Below, one piece after another: positions 10,109 through 20,396 of a stretch of DNA of 54,673 nt. The notes beneath the pieces were generated by a model, which saw only the letters and a list, made by a program, of their open reading frames with translations, was not told the DNA's origin and made no database searches. The translations under genes and the position numbers were made by a program. The stretch is from assembly GCA_046570105.1 (NCBI GenBank), contig JBKHVI010000012.1, positions 1-54,673 on the forward strand, written 5' to 3'. Source of the stretch: Bacteriovoracia bacterium. Its GTDB lineage: Bacteria; Bdellovibrionota; Bacteriovoracia; Bacteriovoracales; Bacteriovoracaceae. How positions within the stretch are numbered: position 1 is the stretch's first letter; every line of letters begins with the position of its first letter.

Positions 10109-11088
10109 GCTCAATGACAGACTTAAGCTGGCTTACGGAGCAATCAAAAGACGAAGTCTATACATTTAATAATGTTATCCATCGAAAAGTTTCATATGAG
10201 AGTGTGGCCACTTTTCAAGGTTATATTGTTCAGCACACTCATTATTTTTTTTCACAACTTAATCAAATATATCTCTTTTTAATTGATGATCTAGCCGCTT
10301 TGGCTTTTTTTGATAAAGTATTTGTTCGTGACGGCTTATTAACTATAAAACTTTTTTTCCTACGTAATCCTCATCCAAACGGATTACAAACCAAACTTAT
10401 TATAAATTCGCGATTTAAAAAATTTATTCCCAAAAATTGGGAAAACAACGTCTACTTTTATAACTACCAGTACAATACCCCTCAAAATTCTAAGAAAAAA
10501 AATCTTATAATTGCGTATCATTTAGACCAATTTCATTGTCCAGACGAATTGCTTTGCAAGGAGCTCAGCTCGCTGCAAAGCGAGAGTTATGATGAAATCA
10601 TGTGCCTTATAACAGGCATGCCTCAAAATGCACCTACTGACTTTGTTGATAAAAATATCTTTAGCAAAGCTGCCATCACTGCTAGAAATCTTAAAACTCC
10701 ATTTCGCACTGTCACACTGAATGAAATTACACCGCAAAAAATGGCAGAGTCCGATTTCCTAGAGATTAACCCTTATCACTTTCTTTTTTCGGATTGCTAC
10801 TTGCGCTGGTATTTATTATACAACGGAGCAAATCCTCTCGATTCAAATTGGATATTCTCCGAACGAAATTTACAACCGATCCACCAAATGATGGTATCCC
10901 CCTATCACTCGGTAGAAATCTGTTCATCGCAAGGTTTATTTGACTCCGAGTATAATACCATTAACGAGCAACAGTTTTTCGCTGCTGATATGATTCCTAG
11001 CCGCAATCATCTCGTTAACCTTTGTTCAGATGGCTATAAACGCTACGTTCAAAGCTTAGTTCAATCAGATGCAAAAAATAGTAACTAA
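10105..11088 (+). CDS. Hypothetical protein
   Basis: 327-aa ORF coupled (ATGA) to the upstream GT; no motif recognised. Confidence 0.7.
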   Translation: MSSMTDLSWLTEQSKDEVYTFNNVIHRKVSYESVATFQGYIVQHTHYFFSQLNQIYLFLIDDLAALAFFDKVFVRDGLLTIKLFFLRNPHPNGLQTKLIINSRFKKFIPKNWENNVYFYNYQYNTPQNSKKKNLIIAYHLDQFHCPDELLCKELSSLQSESYDEIMCLITGMPQNAPTDFVDKNIFSKAAITARNLKTPFRTVTLNEITPQKMAESDFLEINPYHFLFSDCYLRWYLLYNGANPLDSNWIFSERNLQPIHQMMVSPYHSVEICSSQGLFDSEYNTINEQQFFAADMIPSRNHLVNLCSDGYKRYVQSLVQSDAKNSN

Positions 11089-12034
11089 CTTATTGGGCTT
11101 TCTTCCTGAGCAGTTAGCCTTGCTGCCTTACCATGTGGCACATTTCTTAGTCATAACAATCGCTAAGAAGTTAAACATTATTTGCTGGTCTCGTAATAGT
11201 TATCATCACAAACGAATTGTACCTGGTATTAGTGATCTCGACTTTACTGTACTCCATACAAACGCCTTGGGATTATCACAACTCAATCTCTTTTTATCAT
11301 TCTATCATTTTGCAAAAAAAATCATACCCATACTGGGTGAAATAAATATCTATCGACATGAAATGATCGATCTTACTGCGAAATGGCTTAATCCTTTTGA
11401 ACTACGCAGAGATCCAAAATTAAAATCTCATTTAGTTGCAAATCCCGAGGATGCATTCAATCGTTTTACATATCTACTTAGAATGCTCGAGTCTGACGCT
11501 AAAAACTTAAAACTTCGCGCAAGTTCTCGGCAAAAAAAATGGAACTTTCACTTATCTGAAGCTGGCCTTGCCTCACAGGAACAATTGAATCCTCAAGAGC
11601 TAATTCGAATTATCTCTACACTAAACCCTACTTCCCTAGCTGAGGAAGATGTCATTCTATTTTTACATCGCTACATACAAGATGGCACACAACTCACCTA
11701 CTCCCACCTTCGTACAAATCGAGTCATCAAAGTATTTATGGTACTATATCCGCATCGCTGGCTTGTCCATGCGAACGGTCTGAACGATGTTGATATCTGC
11801 TTAGGTGCTAATAGTTTTGATGAAGGTGAAGTCGAACTTATATTAAATCAACTACAATGGGAACTTGTTGGGATACAAACACAATTCAGTACGAAAGTTG
11901 ATCTGGCTAATACCCTAAGCTATTTACGACTTATTCATTATTTCTTGATGAATTTAAAAGCAGCTGACCCACGCACAAAAGTTTCTGATCTTGCAAAAGA
12001 TATTCAATCTCTTATTAATGAAATTAATAACTAG
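11069..12034 (+). CDS. Putative Pol-beta-superfamily nucleotidyltransferase-like protein
   Basis: RNS...IVPGISDLDFTV resembles the GS..x..SDhD NTase signature. Confidence 0.5.
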   Translation: MQKIVTNLLGFLPEQLALLPYHVAHFLVITIAKKLNIICWSRNSYHHKRIVPGISDLDFTVLHTNALGLSQLNLFLSFYHFAKKIIPILGEINIYRHEMIDLTAKWLNPFELRRDPKLKSHLVANPEDAFNRFTYLLRMLESDAKNLKLRASSRQKKWNFHLSEAGLASQEQLNPQELIRIISTLNPTSLAEEDVILFLHRYIQDGTQLTYSHLRTNRVIKVFMVLYPHRWLVHANGLNDVDICLGANSFDEGEVELILNQLQWELVGIQTQFSTKVDLANTLSYLRLIHYFLMNLKAADPRTKVSDLAKDIQSLINEINN

Positions 12035-13457
12035 ACCTAGAAAAAGCATATCCATTTTCAACAAGCCATCTATTTCTTTTTAAATCAGACGATAGGACGA
12101 CTACTCTTTCTCCCCTATGAGGATCGCTCACAACAATTTGATCATTCTTGATTTTAACCCAGGGGGCGATAGCTAATTCACCCATAGAGCTATTTTCGTA
12201 ATATCGACTTCGGCCAGCATAGGCCATGCTGAATTGATGAAATATCACATCTTCAAATGAAGTAAAGACACGACAAGATTGTGGGTTATCCTTAAATTCA
12301 TCCCAGCGATGAGCCAAAATTTCAATATTATCTGAAAACTCAAACTTTTTTTCCGCATTTGATAAATATACGCTTTTTAATTTTTCTCTAATGCTCTCAA
12401 GTTGATAATGATTGGGAACATCCATTAAACCGTTAGATGAAGAGCTATTAGCTAATTTTTCAATTTGTTTTACCAGAGAATCAACCACAACAAATGGTCC
12501 CGTTTTTGAAACTTCAACATCAACTAAAGTAACTGCATCTTTAAAATTTTCAACGTAGTCAGAATGCCCACCCCAATCACTCAAGAGAGCAGAATGGCCC
12601 ATACTCAATGCACGAAGCGCGGCCATACCAAAGTTCTCATCAGCATGAAGACTGGTTGAAATAAGAACTTTCCTTCCTGCATGAATCTTATCTGCTATCA
12701 AATTTCGATTAATAAAACCGTGAAACTTCACGATTTCAGTTAAGGCTAACTCGCGAGAGAGTTGTTCTAAAACTTGTAAATATGAACCAGACTTTTGGCC
12801 CATATTAGGGCTACCAAGATTATCCTCACTGCCAAATATATCCAAGCTTATGCTGCAATTATGTGAATATTTGAGATATATCGATAGGGCCCATAATAAG
12901 GTGTGGAGATTTTTTTGTTCGGAGATGCGGCCAACATAGTATAAAGATAAATGATCGTGTGCACCTTGTTGCGTTTCATCCGGCTTAACTTCATCAAGCA
13001 GAGCAAATGGTATGACAAATGAATTTTCTGTTTTGATGGATAAGCGAAACAGTTCTAGGTCACGCTTTGCTGAAGAAATAAAGATATCTTGCTCTCTCCA
13101 GACATCAAGTAAGCCCCATTTTTTCATTGGCCAACAGGCGACACTGGCAAATCCATGGAGGTAGAATACAAATGGGGTGTCGACAAAATAACGAGAACGT
13201 AAATGAACTAGCGCCAAGGCGATCTGTGCATTAAAAGCTGTTACAACAATTTTTGATGATGAGAATGCAGCCTTGAATAACTCAGCTAGAGTCGTATCTT
13301 CAACGACGAGAGTTGTGACAGTAATGCCTTCTGAAAGTGCCATATCCCGCCACGATTGCTCGATAAACGGAATAATCTCCTCCATACTCTTCCAGACGAA
13401 ATTCTTTCTGGTAGTCAAAATGAGGAGATTGTTTTTTTTCAAAACATCAACTCGCAC
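12024..13457 (-). CDS. Glycosyltransferase family 4 (GT-B)
   Basis: YVGRISEQKN, ENFGMAAL, LSDWGGH. Confidence 0.8.
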   Translation of the reverse strand: MRVDVLKKNNLLILTTRKNFVWKSMEEIIPFIEQSWRDMALSEGITVTTLVVEDTTLAELFKAAFSSSKIVVTAFNAQIALALVHLRSRYFVDTPFVFYLHGFASVACWPMKKWGLLDVWREQDIFISSAKRDLELFRLSIKTENSFVIPFALLDEVKPDETQQGAHDHLSLYYVGRISEQKNLHTLLWALSIYLKYSHNCSISLDIFGSEDNLGSPNMGQKSGSYLQVLEQLSRELALTEIVKFHGFINRNLIADKIHAGRKVLISTSLHADENFGMAALRALSMGHSALLSDWGGHSDYVENFKDAVTLVDVEVSKTGPFVVVDSLVKQIEKLANSSSSNGLMDVPNHYQLESIREKLKSVYLSNAEKKFEFSDNIEILAHRWDEFKDNPQSCRVFTSFEDVIFHQFSMAYAGRSRYYENSSMGELAIAPWVKIKNDQIVVSDPHRGERVVVLSSDLKRNRWLVENGYAFSRSSY

Positions 13458-13487
13458 AAAGAAGTGTTATTAATGAAAGCGTGAGCT

Positions 13488-13985
13488 TTACTTAGACTCT
13501 AATTTCTTCTCCAGAGACTTAATAGAAGCCTCAAGATTCTTAATCGTCTCAGCTTGTTGCTTAGTAATTGAAGCCAACTCCTGAATTCCGGAGAGCAACA
13601 CTGGAGAAAGGCCTGCGTAATTCACAAAGCGAAAACCTTGCTCATCTTTTTTTACAAGCTCAGGCATAATCTTCTCAAGGTCTTGTGCCATTACTCCAAC
13701 CTGTTTCCCAACTGGGAAATCCTGTTCAGAGAACTCACTAGTCTTGTACTGATATTGGTAAACACCAAGACCAGAAATAAGATTTAGTGCTCCATTGAAA
13801 CTTTGAATATCTTCTTTAAAACGCACGTCTGAGCCTGCAAAAACATCCAGATAAACGTTGTCGTTTAAAATCTCAGCTTCAATTTCATCCAATTTGTACT
13901 CTTTGATCCCACCGAAATAATTATTCTCACTCTCTTGAGCAGTGATTTTGTTTTCAGTTTGTTTTTGCTTTGGATCTTGAGACAT
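13488..13985 (-). CDS. Stand-alone peptidase S74 (intramolecular chaperone autoprocessing) domain with ~51-aa N-terminal peptide
   Basis: S52-D-V-R-F-K57-EDI, Y.Y, GVMAQDLEKIMPELV, VNY..L..VL...IQEL plus coiled coil; AAGGA RBS. Confidence 0.9.
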   Translation of the reverse strand: MSQDPKQKQTENKITAQESENNYFGGIKEYKLDEIEAEILNDNVYLDVFAGSDVRFKEDIQSFNGALNLISGLGVYQYQYKTSEFSEQDFPVGKQVGVMAQDLEKIMPELVKKDEQGFRFVNYAGLSPVLLSGIQELASITKQQAETIKNLEASIKSLEKKLESK

Positions 13986-14094
13986 ATGGAATTCCTTGAA
14001 CTGGTTATTTTAAATATACTAACACCGTAATCTATTTCGATCTACTAAAATGATTTTGTTTATTTCCTGTAATTACAGTCACTTACCGTCGCTT

Positions 14095-15333
14095 TTAATG
14101 AGTTTTCACCCCACCCAAATAGACTCCAACAGGCCTAGCTAGGCTCGCCATATCGTTTAGGGGATCATCCTTAAGCACAACAAAATCTGCCCAACTCCCC
14201 TTCTCTAATCGACCAATTTCGCTCGTTCCTATCAGTTTAGATGGATAAGCTGTGGCCGCTCGAATGACCTCGATCGCAGGAAGACCACATTTATGCAAAA
14301 AAAGCAGCGCTGCTAGAGTTGCTTCTCCGAAACTGATACCCCATTTCTCAAGTGAGAAATAATTATCTGAGCCAAATACGATTCGAACGCCCATTTTGTA
14401 GGCCTCGGGAATTTTCTGACACAACAAATTTAACTCTTTAGGAATATGATCAGATCGCATCGATGCAAATTTTTTATCATTTAACATCTGTGTGCCAGTG
14501 CTTGGTACCCAGTAGATCTTCTTGGTGGCCATTAACTTGAACTGTTCTATGGAGGCATAAGTGCCATGCTCAATGCTATCTACCCCCGCTTCAATACTGG
14601 CCTGTATAGCAGAAGAATAAATTGCATGGGCGGCTACCTTCATACCTAATTCCTTCCCCCTGCTGACCCATTTTTTTAAAATTAGTTGATCGGTCTTTGT
14701 CCCATTTGGATCTTCATCTGCGTAGAGCTTAAGAGTTGATCGAGCAGATTTTTTCAAAGCCGATAAACTCACATCATCCAAGCGGGCATATTCATCAAAT
14801 ACGATCTTTTCTTCTGTTCCAATCGGAAATTGTCCCATCTGAGGGGAATGGCCCGCACCACTCGAATAGAATCTCAGATCAGACTTCTTAAGCTTTGCTA
14901 TATAGGCAGAACCGCTATTTCCTAAATCTCTGACCGAAGTAAACCCGCTCTTCATCAATGAATGCGAACGTCGATTGGCGAGCATATGACGTTCTTCAAT
15001 GGTATTATTTTTATAAAAATCTAATAATCCCTTAGCAAAATCTTTTCCATAAGTGGGATCTTCTAATAATAAATGAGTATGTGCATCTATTAGCCCGGGT
15101 ATTAGATAATTTTGACTTAAATCCAGCTCTAATATTTTGGAAGGAACAGATTTGGGATTCACCTCAACGATTCGACCTTCCCGCACAAGTAACGTCTGAT
15201 TCTTTTTCCAAATCCCATTTTCAATATCTAAGACATGGCCGGCGCGCACCAGCAGTAATTGGGCATAAGCCAATTGAGGAAAGAGTGTTAAAATTAACAA
15301 ACACCACTTAAGCATATGGCGCCAAAATTTCAT
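14095..15333 (-). CDS. Secreted metal-dependent amidohydrolase
   Basis: Signal peptide, PGLIDAHTH, GFTSVRDLG, VAAHA, SIEHG, FGSD, G.LEKG..ADFVVL. Confidence 0.85.
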   Translation of the reverse strand: MKFWRHMLKWCLLILTLFPQLAYAQLLLVRAGHVLDIENGIWKKNQTLLVREGRIVEVNPKSVPSKILELDLSQNYLIPGLIDAHTHLLLEDPTYGKDFAKGLLDFYKNNTIEERHMLANRRSHSLMKSGFTSVRDLGNSGSAYIAKLKKSDLRFYSSGAGHSPQMGQFPIGTEEKIVFDEYARLDDVSLSALKKSARSTLKLYADEDPNGTKTDQLILKKWVSRGKELGMKVAAHAIYSSAIQASIEAGVDSIEHGTYASIEQFKLMATKKIYWVPSTGTQMLNDKKFASMRSDHIPKELNLLCQKIPEAYKMGVRIVFGSDNYFSLEKWGISFGEATLAALLFLHKCGLPAIEVIRAATAYPSKLIGTSEIGRLEKGSWADFVVLKDDPLNDMASLARPVGVYLGGVKTH

Positions 15334-16429
15334 TTAATTTTTCACTCATTTTTTCAAGTTTTGATTTTGTCGCTTCAAAGTCTACGGCCACTCGAATAAT
15401 GCTAGAGAGATGCATTCGATCCAATCGAAGGTCTGATAGATCCGAAGTGATTAAATCCTGCCATAACCAAAAACAATGAGATGGTCTGGCGTACAGTGGC
15501 TGAGATAGAATACCAGCAGTGGTGAGTTGCTTAGCAACTTCTCCAGCGGCAATTGGATCAGACAATTTAAAATGAATGTGAGTTCCACATTCTCCATGTG
15601 TATCTGTCGACTTAATGTGCGAACTATTGGACACCAGCGCATTCAAAAGAAGTCTGCGGTTCTCTCTAAGAGTTAAGATGATATTTGGTAACTTCTTAAA
15701 CTGTTCTCGTATGATCACAGCCGAAATCTCAGACATGCGCATAGAATAGCCCACGTCGACTTTTATATCTGAAAGGTAGTCTTTGAACGAAGCACCATAT
15801 CTAACAGGAAAATCATGAAGCTGGAGCGCTTTCTTATAAATTGACTCATCTTTAAATGCGACAAGACCACCCTCACCACAAGTAATAATTTTTTCCATAT
15901 TGAATGAAAAACAACTCGCGTCACCAAAAGAACCCAATTTCCTTTGATTAAATTCTCCCCCAATCGCTTGAGCTACATCCTCAATCACGAAGAGAGAATA
16001 TTTCTTAGCGAAATTCATCACGCTCACAATATTGACCGGAAGTCCGTCCATATGTACCGGGATAATCGCTTTAGTTTTTTTTGTTAGTATTTTCTCAAGT
16101 TGAACAGGATCAACCGTGAGCCCATCTCCAACACTTGCAACGATAGGTACGGCACCTACTTGCAAGACAGCTGCAACCGTTGCAACAAAAGTATAAGAGG
16201 GGACAATGACTTCATCACCAGGTGAAATGCCCAGTGCTCGCAAGGCCAGAACCAAGGCATTTGTCCCACTGGTCACAAATAGGGCATGGTTCACACCAAG
16301 ATATTCCGCAAACTCGTGTTCAAAAGAAGAGCACTGAGTAGCGACATCTTTACCTTGATAACGAAAGAGCTTTTTCGATTCGAAAAGTCGTTTAATCGCC
16401 TCAAGCTCATTTTGATCTAACTGATACAT
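15308..16429 (-). CDS. DegT/DnrJ/EryC1/StrS PLP-dependent sugar aminotransferase
   Basis: SGTNAL, GDEVIVPSYTFVAT, IEDVAQA, FSFNMEKIITCGEGG. Confidence 0.92.
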   Translation of the reverse strand: MYQLDQNELEAIKRLFESKKLFRYQGKDVATQCSSFEHEFAEYLGVNHALFVTSGTNALVLALRALGISPGDEVIVPSYTFVATVAAVLQVGAVPIVASVGDGLTVDPVQLEKILTKKTKAIIPVHMDGLPVNIVSVMNFAKKYSLFVIEDVAQAIGGEFNQRKLGSFGDASCFSFNMEKIITCGEGGLVAFKDESIYKKALQLHDFPVRYGASFKDYLSDIKVDVGYSMRMSEISAVIIREQFKKLPNIILTLRENRRLLLNALVSNSSHIKSTDTHGECGTHIHFKLSDPIAAGEVAKQLTTAGILSQPLYARPSHCFWLWQDLITSDLSDLRLDRMHLSSIIRVAVDFEATKSKLEKMSEKLNEILAPYA

Positions 16430-16435
16430 GCTTAC

Positions 16436-18097
16436 CTATTTCTCAATAAGATAGTTACCCACTACAGCAGTAGTGAGAATTGAACTTTCTAAAAATCTTT
16501 TTAAATCATTGATTGTTTCCACAATCGGTTCATTCATGACATTTAAACTTGTATTAAGAAGAATCGGCAAACCGATCAGCTTTTCCATCTCACCCAATAA
16601 ATCATAAAAAATTTCGTTTTGCTCTCGGTGAAGAGTCTGCATTCGACTTGTTCCGTCGACATGAGACAGATCGGCCAGGATCGTTTTGTACTTTTCCCTT
16701 ACAGGTACCGCAAATGACATAAATGGGTTTTCAAAACCCAAATCAATAGCAAAGTATTCGTGGGCCCTGTCCCATTGAACGGTGCATCCATAAGGTCGGA
16801 ATTCTTCACGAAACTTCACATGCTCATTCAAGTACTTTTTAAGATCTTTTCTCGTTGGACTCGCCAAAATACTACGGTTACCAAGAGAACGCGGACCGAC
16901 CTCACTGCGTCCCTGAAAGAATGCTATTATTTCGCCATCGACTAACATCTGAGAAACTTTTTTTAGCACATTACTCGGTTGACTGATTTTGTATCCCGCA
17001 AATACTTCATGAATCAATTCTGTTGTAGGCACGGAGCTCTTTAAACCCCTTGATGATGTTTGTAAGTTCCAAGGAGTTGGGAACCAAGCATTCTTGTCTT
17101 CTTCCATTAAAAAACTGAAAGCTGCTCCCAACCCAATCCCTTCGTCACCAGGATTTGGCGGGATATACACTTGTTTAAACATTTTTTTCGCAACCAGTTT
17201 TCCATTGAATGTACAATTCATGGCACAACCACCCGTCAGAATCAAATTCTCGATCTCTGGGAATTTAGTTTTGATTTCTTCAATATAAGAAAATAAAAAG
17301 TGCTCAAAGTTCTCTTGAACCGTCGCAGCCAGGTCTTCGAACACCTTCATATGCGGCACTTCTTCCCACTGTTTTTTTCCCTTACCTGAGAATTGTTTCT
17401 GCCAGTCTAAATTTTCTAGGAAATGTATAAATGACTTTTGTAATCCTAGGCTTTTTCCAAATGGCGCCAGCCCCATAACTTTGCCAGCTTCTGTCTTATT
17501 GTTAAAAATATATTCGGAAGCTTTCTCGTAAAAAATCCCAATTCCCTCTGAGAAAGTCTGCCCTGGAACTTTACTCTCAATAAATTCTAAAAATTTCTTA
17601 TCAAGCAATTCCAATTTGCGATCTTTCCACTGAAACAGCGAAAGATACTCATAGCTCTTTACGCTGGCTGCTTGATCCTTGGGAGAGCCGGCGCCATCAA
17701 GAACTATAATCAAACCTGTTTCAAAAGGTGCAAAAGCTAAAGCAGCCCAGGCGTGGGCTAGGTGATGTGATACCCAACCAATTTTACTTTCAAGCGTTGA
17801 GAAGCGTTCAAGCTTCAATAGCTTTACTCGTTCACAAAAAGGCAGACGTTCATTGTAGTAGCTCTCGATGAAGTGGGAGGTTTGTACATCGCGATTCTCA
17901 ACTATCTCTAAAGATTTACCAATGAGTTTAGGCTGCAGTGCGAGCAAAGGAGCCTCGGGCCAGGCGCCTGAGTTTTTCACCCGTGTTAGCCTTTCCGTAA
18001 GCACAATTTCGGTCTCATAAGGTGCCAATCGAGGCACAAAAGCCACAGAAGAATTGAAAATTGTCTTACCTAGTCCTACTAGATATTCCGGACGCAT
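16436..18097 (-). CDS. Carbamoyltransferase (NodU/CmcH/TobZ family)
   Basis: HHLAHA, LDGAG, GKVMGLAPFG, GGCAMN, EVGPRSLGNRSILA, KFRE.FRP, HVDGTSR.QT, LLNTSLN. Confidence 0.95.
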   Translation of the reverse strand: MRPEYLVGLGKTIFNSSVAFVPRLAPYETEIVLTERLTRVKNSGAWPEAPLLALQPKLIGKSLEIVENRDVQTSHFIESYYNERLPFCERVKLLKLERFSTLESKIGWVSHHLAHAWAALAFAPFETGLIIVLDGAGSPKDQAASVKSYEYLSLFQWKDRKLELLDKKFLEFIESKVPGQTFSEGIGIFYEKASEYIFNNKTEAGKVMGLAPFGKSLGLQKSFIHFLENLDWQKQFSGKGKKQWEEVPHMKVFEDLAATVQENFEHFLFSYIEEIKTKFPEIENLILTGGCAMNCTFNGKLVAKKMFKQVYIPPNPGDEGIGLGAAFSFLMEEDKNAWFPTPWNLQTSSRGLKSSVPTTELIHEVFAGYKISQPSNVLKKVSQMLVDGEIIAFFQGRSEVGPRSLGNRSILASPTRKDLKKYLNEHVKFREEFRPYGCTVQWDRAHEYFAIDLGFENPFMSFAVPVREKYKTILADLSHVDGTSRMQTLHREQNEIFYDLLGEMEKLIGLPILLNTSLNVMNEPIVETINDLKRFLESSILTTAVVGNYLIEK

Positions 18098-18198
18098 GGT
18101 GCCTACCTGCAAAGTGAATTTCTAAGCATGCGTTATCATAGCCTCTCACCTAAGAGAGCGCTAATTGAAAATCCAGCAGGAGTCCTTTATCATGACAA

Positions 18199-19005
18199 AT
18201 GTCTGGATTAGCTGGTTTTTTGCTTAACATCAATTCTAACGAAAGTGACAGGTCACTCATGCCATCAAGTGTGTCGCCAGAACTCAAAATGGTGGAAATT
18301 GAGATCAATCATCACTGCAATAGGGCCTGCTCTTATTGTCCAAATTCTGTTGCCGAAAGAATTGAACAAGGCGAGATGGAGCCGGCCCTTTTCGAAAAAA
18401 TTATGCAGCAACTCGTTGAGATCAATTACAAAGGAAGTATCTCGTACATGTTTTATAACGAGCCTCTTTTATCAAAAGATCTCAATCGTTTTGTACAAAT
18501 GACTCGTCAGTATTTGCCTACCAATGACATCCATCTCTATACCAACGGCACACTTCTCACTCTTGATAAGTTTCGTGCGCTCTATAAAGATGGCGTCACT
18601 CGTTTTTTCGTAACCAAGCATGAAGGTGTAAAAAATTACGTTTTCGATAAAGTTTATGAAGAACTCAATGAAAATGAAAAGTTTGCTGTACTCTTTAAAT
18701 CTTTTCGAGATCTGAAACTTACCAACCGTGGAGGCGCTGTTAAGGCTGGGCCACCAGAACCAGTTCAATTGACTGCTTGTTTTATCCCACAATTTCTTGC
18801 TGTCATTACTGTTTTGGGTAACGTGCTACCTTGCTTTGAAGATTTCCATGAAAAAAATATTATGGGAAATGTGGGAGAAACTCATTTGCGTGATATTTGG
18901 ATGAACCAAAAATTCCAGAATTTCAGACAAAGTCTTAAGCTCGGTCTTCGACACACTCAAGACCCATGCGATAAATGTAATCGTACCCAGGTCTGTCACA
19001 GTTGA
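18199..19005 (+). CDS. Radical SAM protein with SPASM/twitch domain
   Basis: EINHHCNRACSYCP, YNEPLL, TNGTLL, NRGG, C...GNVLPC..D...MGNV...CDKC; start may be 18259. Confidence 0.9.
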   Translation: MSGLAGFLLNINSNESDRSLMPSSVSPELKMVEIEINHHCNRACSYCPNSVAERIEQGEMEPALFEKIMQQLVEINYKGSISYMFYNEPLLSKDLNRFVQMTRQYLPTNDIHLYTNGTLLTLDKFRALYKDGVTRFFVTKHEGVKNYVFDKVYEELNENEKFAVLFKSFRDLKLTNRGGAVKAGPPEPVQLTACFIPQFLAVITVLGNVLPCFEDFHEKNIMGNVGETHLRDIWMNQKFQNFRQSLKLGLRHTQDPCDKCNRTQVCHS

Positions 19006-20396
19006 TTAACAAAACTCTTCCTAAAAAGCCTAGACCTGATGTTTGTCAACGCAGCCTTGATTGGTTGGAAGATCATGCCATTAGTTGGTTTTCAAAAAAC
19101 GTACCCAATCATGGCAAAATTTGGTTTTCTGACGAGAACAGTAAACACATACTCCAAGAATTTCCCAAAAGTGGTGAGCTTGTTGAAATTATCCTCACTG
19201 GTAGTTTTTTAAATCGTTTACTCGAAAGTAATCTTTGGTATTTTGAAAATTTCCGACTTTGGACTTTTTCTTCTCGTGTTAAATCATTTCTGGTCTCTTC
19301 ATTTGGATTCTCTGAAGAACAGATCGGTGTTATTGGTCGCACGGCACCTTCTAAATTAATTGCAAAGCCGGATTTTCAGCAGGACATTAACCTTGTCTAT
19401 GCCGGCCGACTTTCCTTAGCAAAAAATATTACTGCAATTATAAGATTGGCTTCTGAACTACAGACGAATCATCACTCTCAAGTAACACTCGATATCTTTG
19501 GGTTGCCAGATGACTTGGCCGATCCTTCCTTAGGCCGCTTCCAACCATATATCATTGAAGATGAAATCCAAAACCTCATCCAACAATTAACTTGGCAGAA
19601 TAGGCCTGTCTTCCATCAAACCGTTCCGCAAAAAGAATGGCTTAAGATAAATCGTCCCTCCCCAGTATTTATAAGCCTATCAACGAGCATGCATGAAGAC
19701 TTTGGAACTGCTGCTGAAATTGCTACACAATATGGATGGCCTTCTCTGCTCTCGGATTGGGGAGGGCATGCTGACGCTTGCTTCACTCATAAAATTCCTC
19801 ATCAGCTGGTTGCCCGAACACACGAACCTGAATTTATACAAGTACAGAAAACTAAAATGCTGGCTAACCAACTCATGACTCAAAAATGGGAATTAAGCTC
19901 ATATCAAAACATTTCCTTCTTAAGCCAACCTCTTGATCGGAATTCTCTCAAAAATTTAATCGATATTTTTGTGAAAAAATGGAGTCCAGAGATATTGCTA
20001 TGCTTGCGAAATGAAATGATTCGTTTTGCCGACACAAACAAAGGTCGTGAGCTTTTCAAGTGTTATCATTCACATTTCGGAAAAAATACATGCCGCAAGG
20101 CTGTCATTGTTAACGACCTTAAGGCTAATCCACTGTATCAGCTTCCTAGTTCAAATGAACCTTATGAGCTTATCTTCGTACGTGATCTCTTTTCGTCTTT
20201 TTATATGAATCAATGGAATAACTTTGATTTAATCTCTCTCATCAATCTGGGTGATGAAGCTGCCTCGATAATTCATTTTTTTAAAACTACACTTGGTCTT
20301 TCTGCAAAAATTAATGTTTTTACGGATGATGAGGAAAAGTTAAAAAACTTTGATTTCTTGAGTGCAAATGATCAAGTCCTCAAACTCTCTGTTTAA
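19002..20396 (+). CDS. Glycosyltransferase family 4-like
   Basis: YAGRLSLAKN, HEDFG, LSDWGGH. Confidence 0.75.
   Translation: MINKTLPKKPRPDVCQRSLDWLEDHAISWFSKNVPNHGKIWFSDENSKHILQEFPKSGELVEIILTGSFLNRLLESNLWYFENFRLWTFSSRVKSFLVSSFGFSEEQIGVIGRTAPSKLIAKPDFQQDINLVYAGRLSLAKNITAIIRLASELQTNHHSQVTLDIFGLPDDLADPSLGRFQPYIIEDEIQNLIQQLTWQNRPVFHQTVPQKEWLKINRPSPVFISLSTSMHEDFGTAAEIATQYGWPSLLSDWGGHADACFTHKIPHQLVARTHEPEFIQVQKTKMLANQLMTQKWELSSYQNISFLSQPLDRNSLKNLIDIFVKKWSPEILLCLRNEMIRFADTNKGRELFKCYHSHFGKNTCRKAVIVNDLKANPLYQLPSSNEPYELIFVRDLFSSFYMNQWNNFDLISLINLGDEAASIIHFFKTTLGLSAKINVFTDDEEKLKNFDFLSANDQVLKLSV

Noticed and set aside
13488..13985. Prophage tail-fibre remnant
   Set aside because: No phage structural genes nearby; the gene has its own RBS and sits in a co-oriented enzyme run. 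Not wholly excluded.
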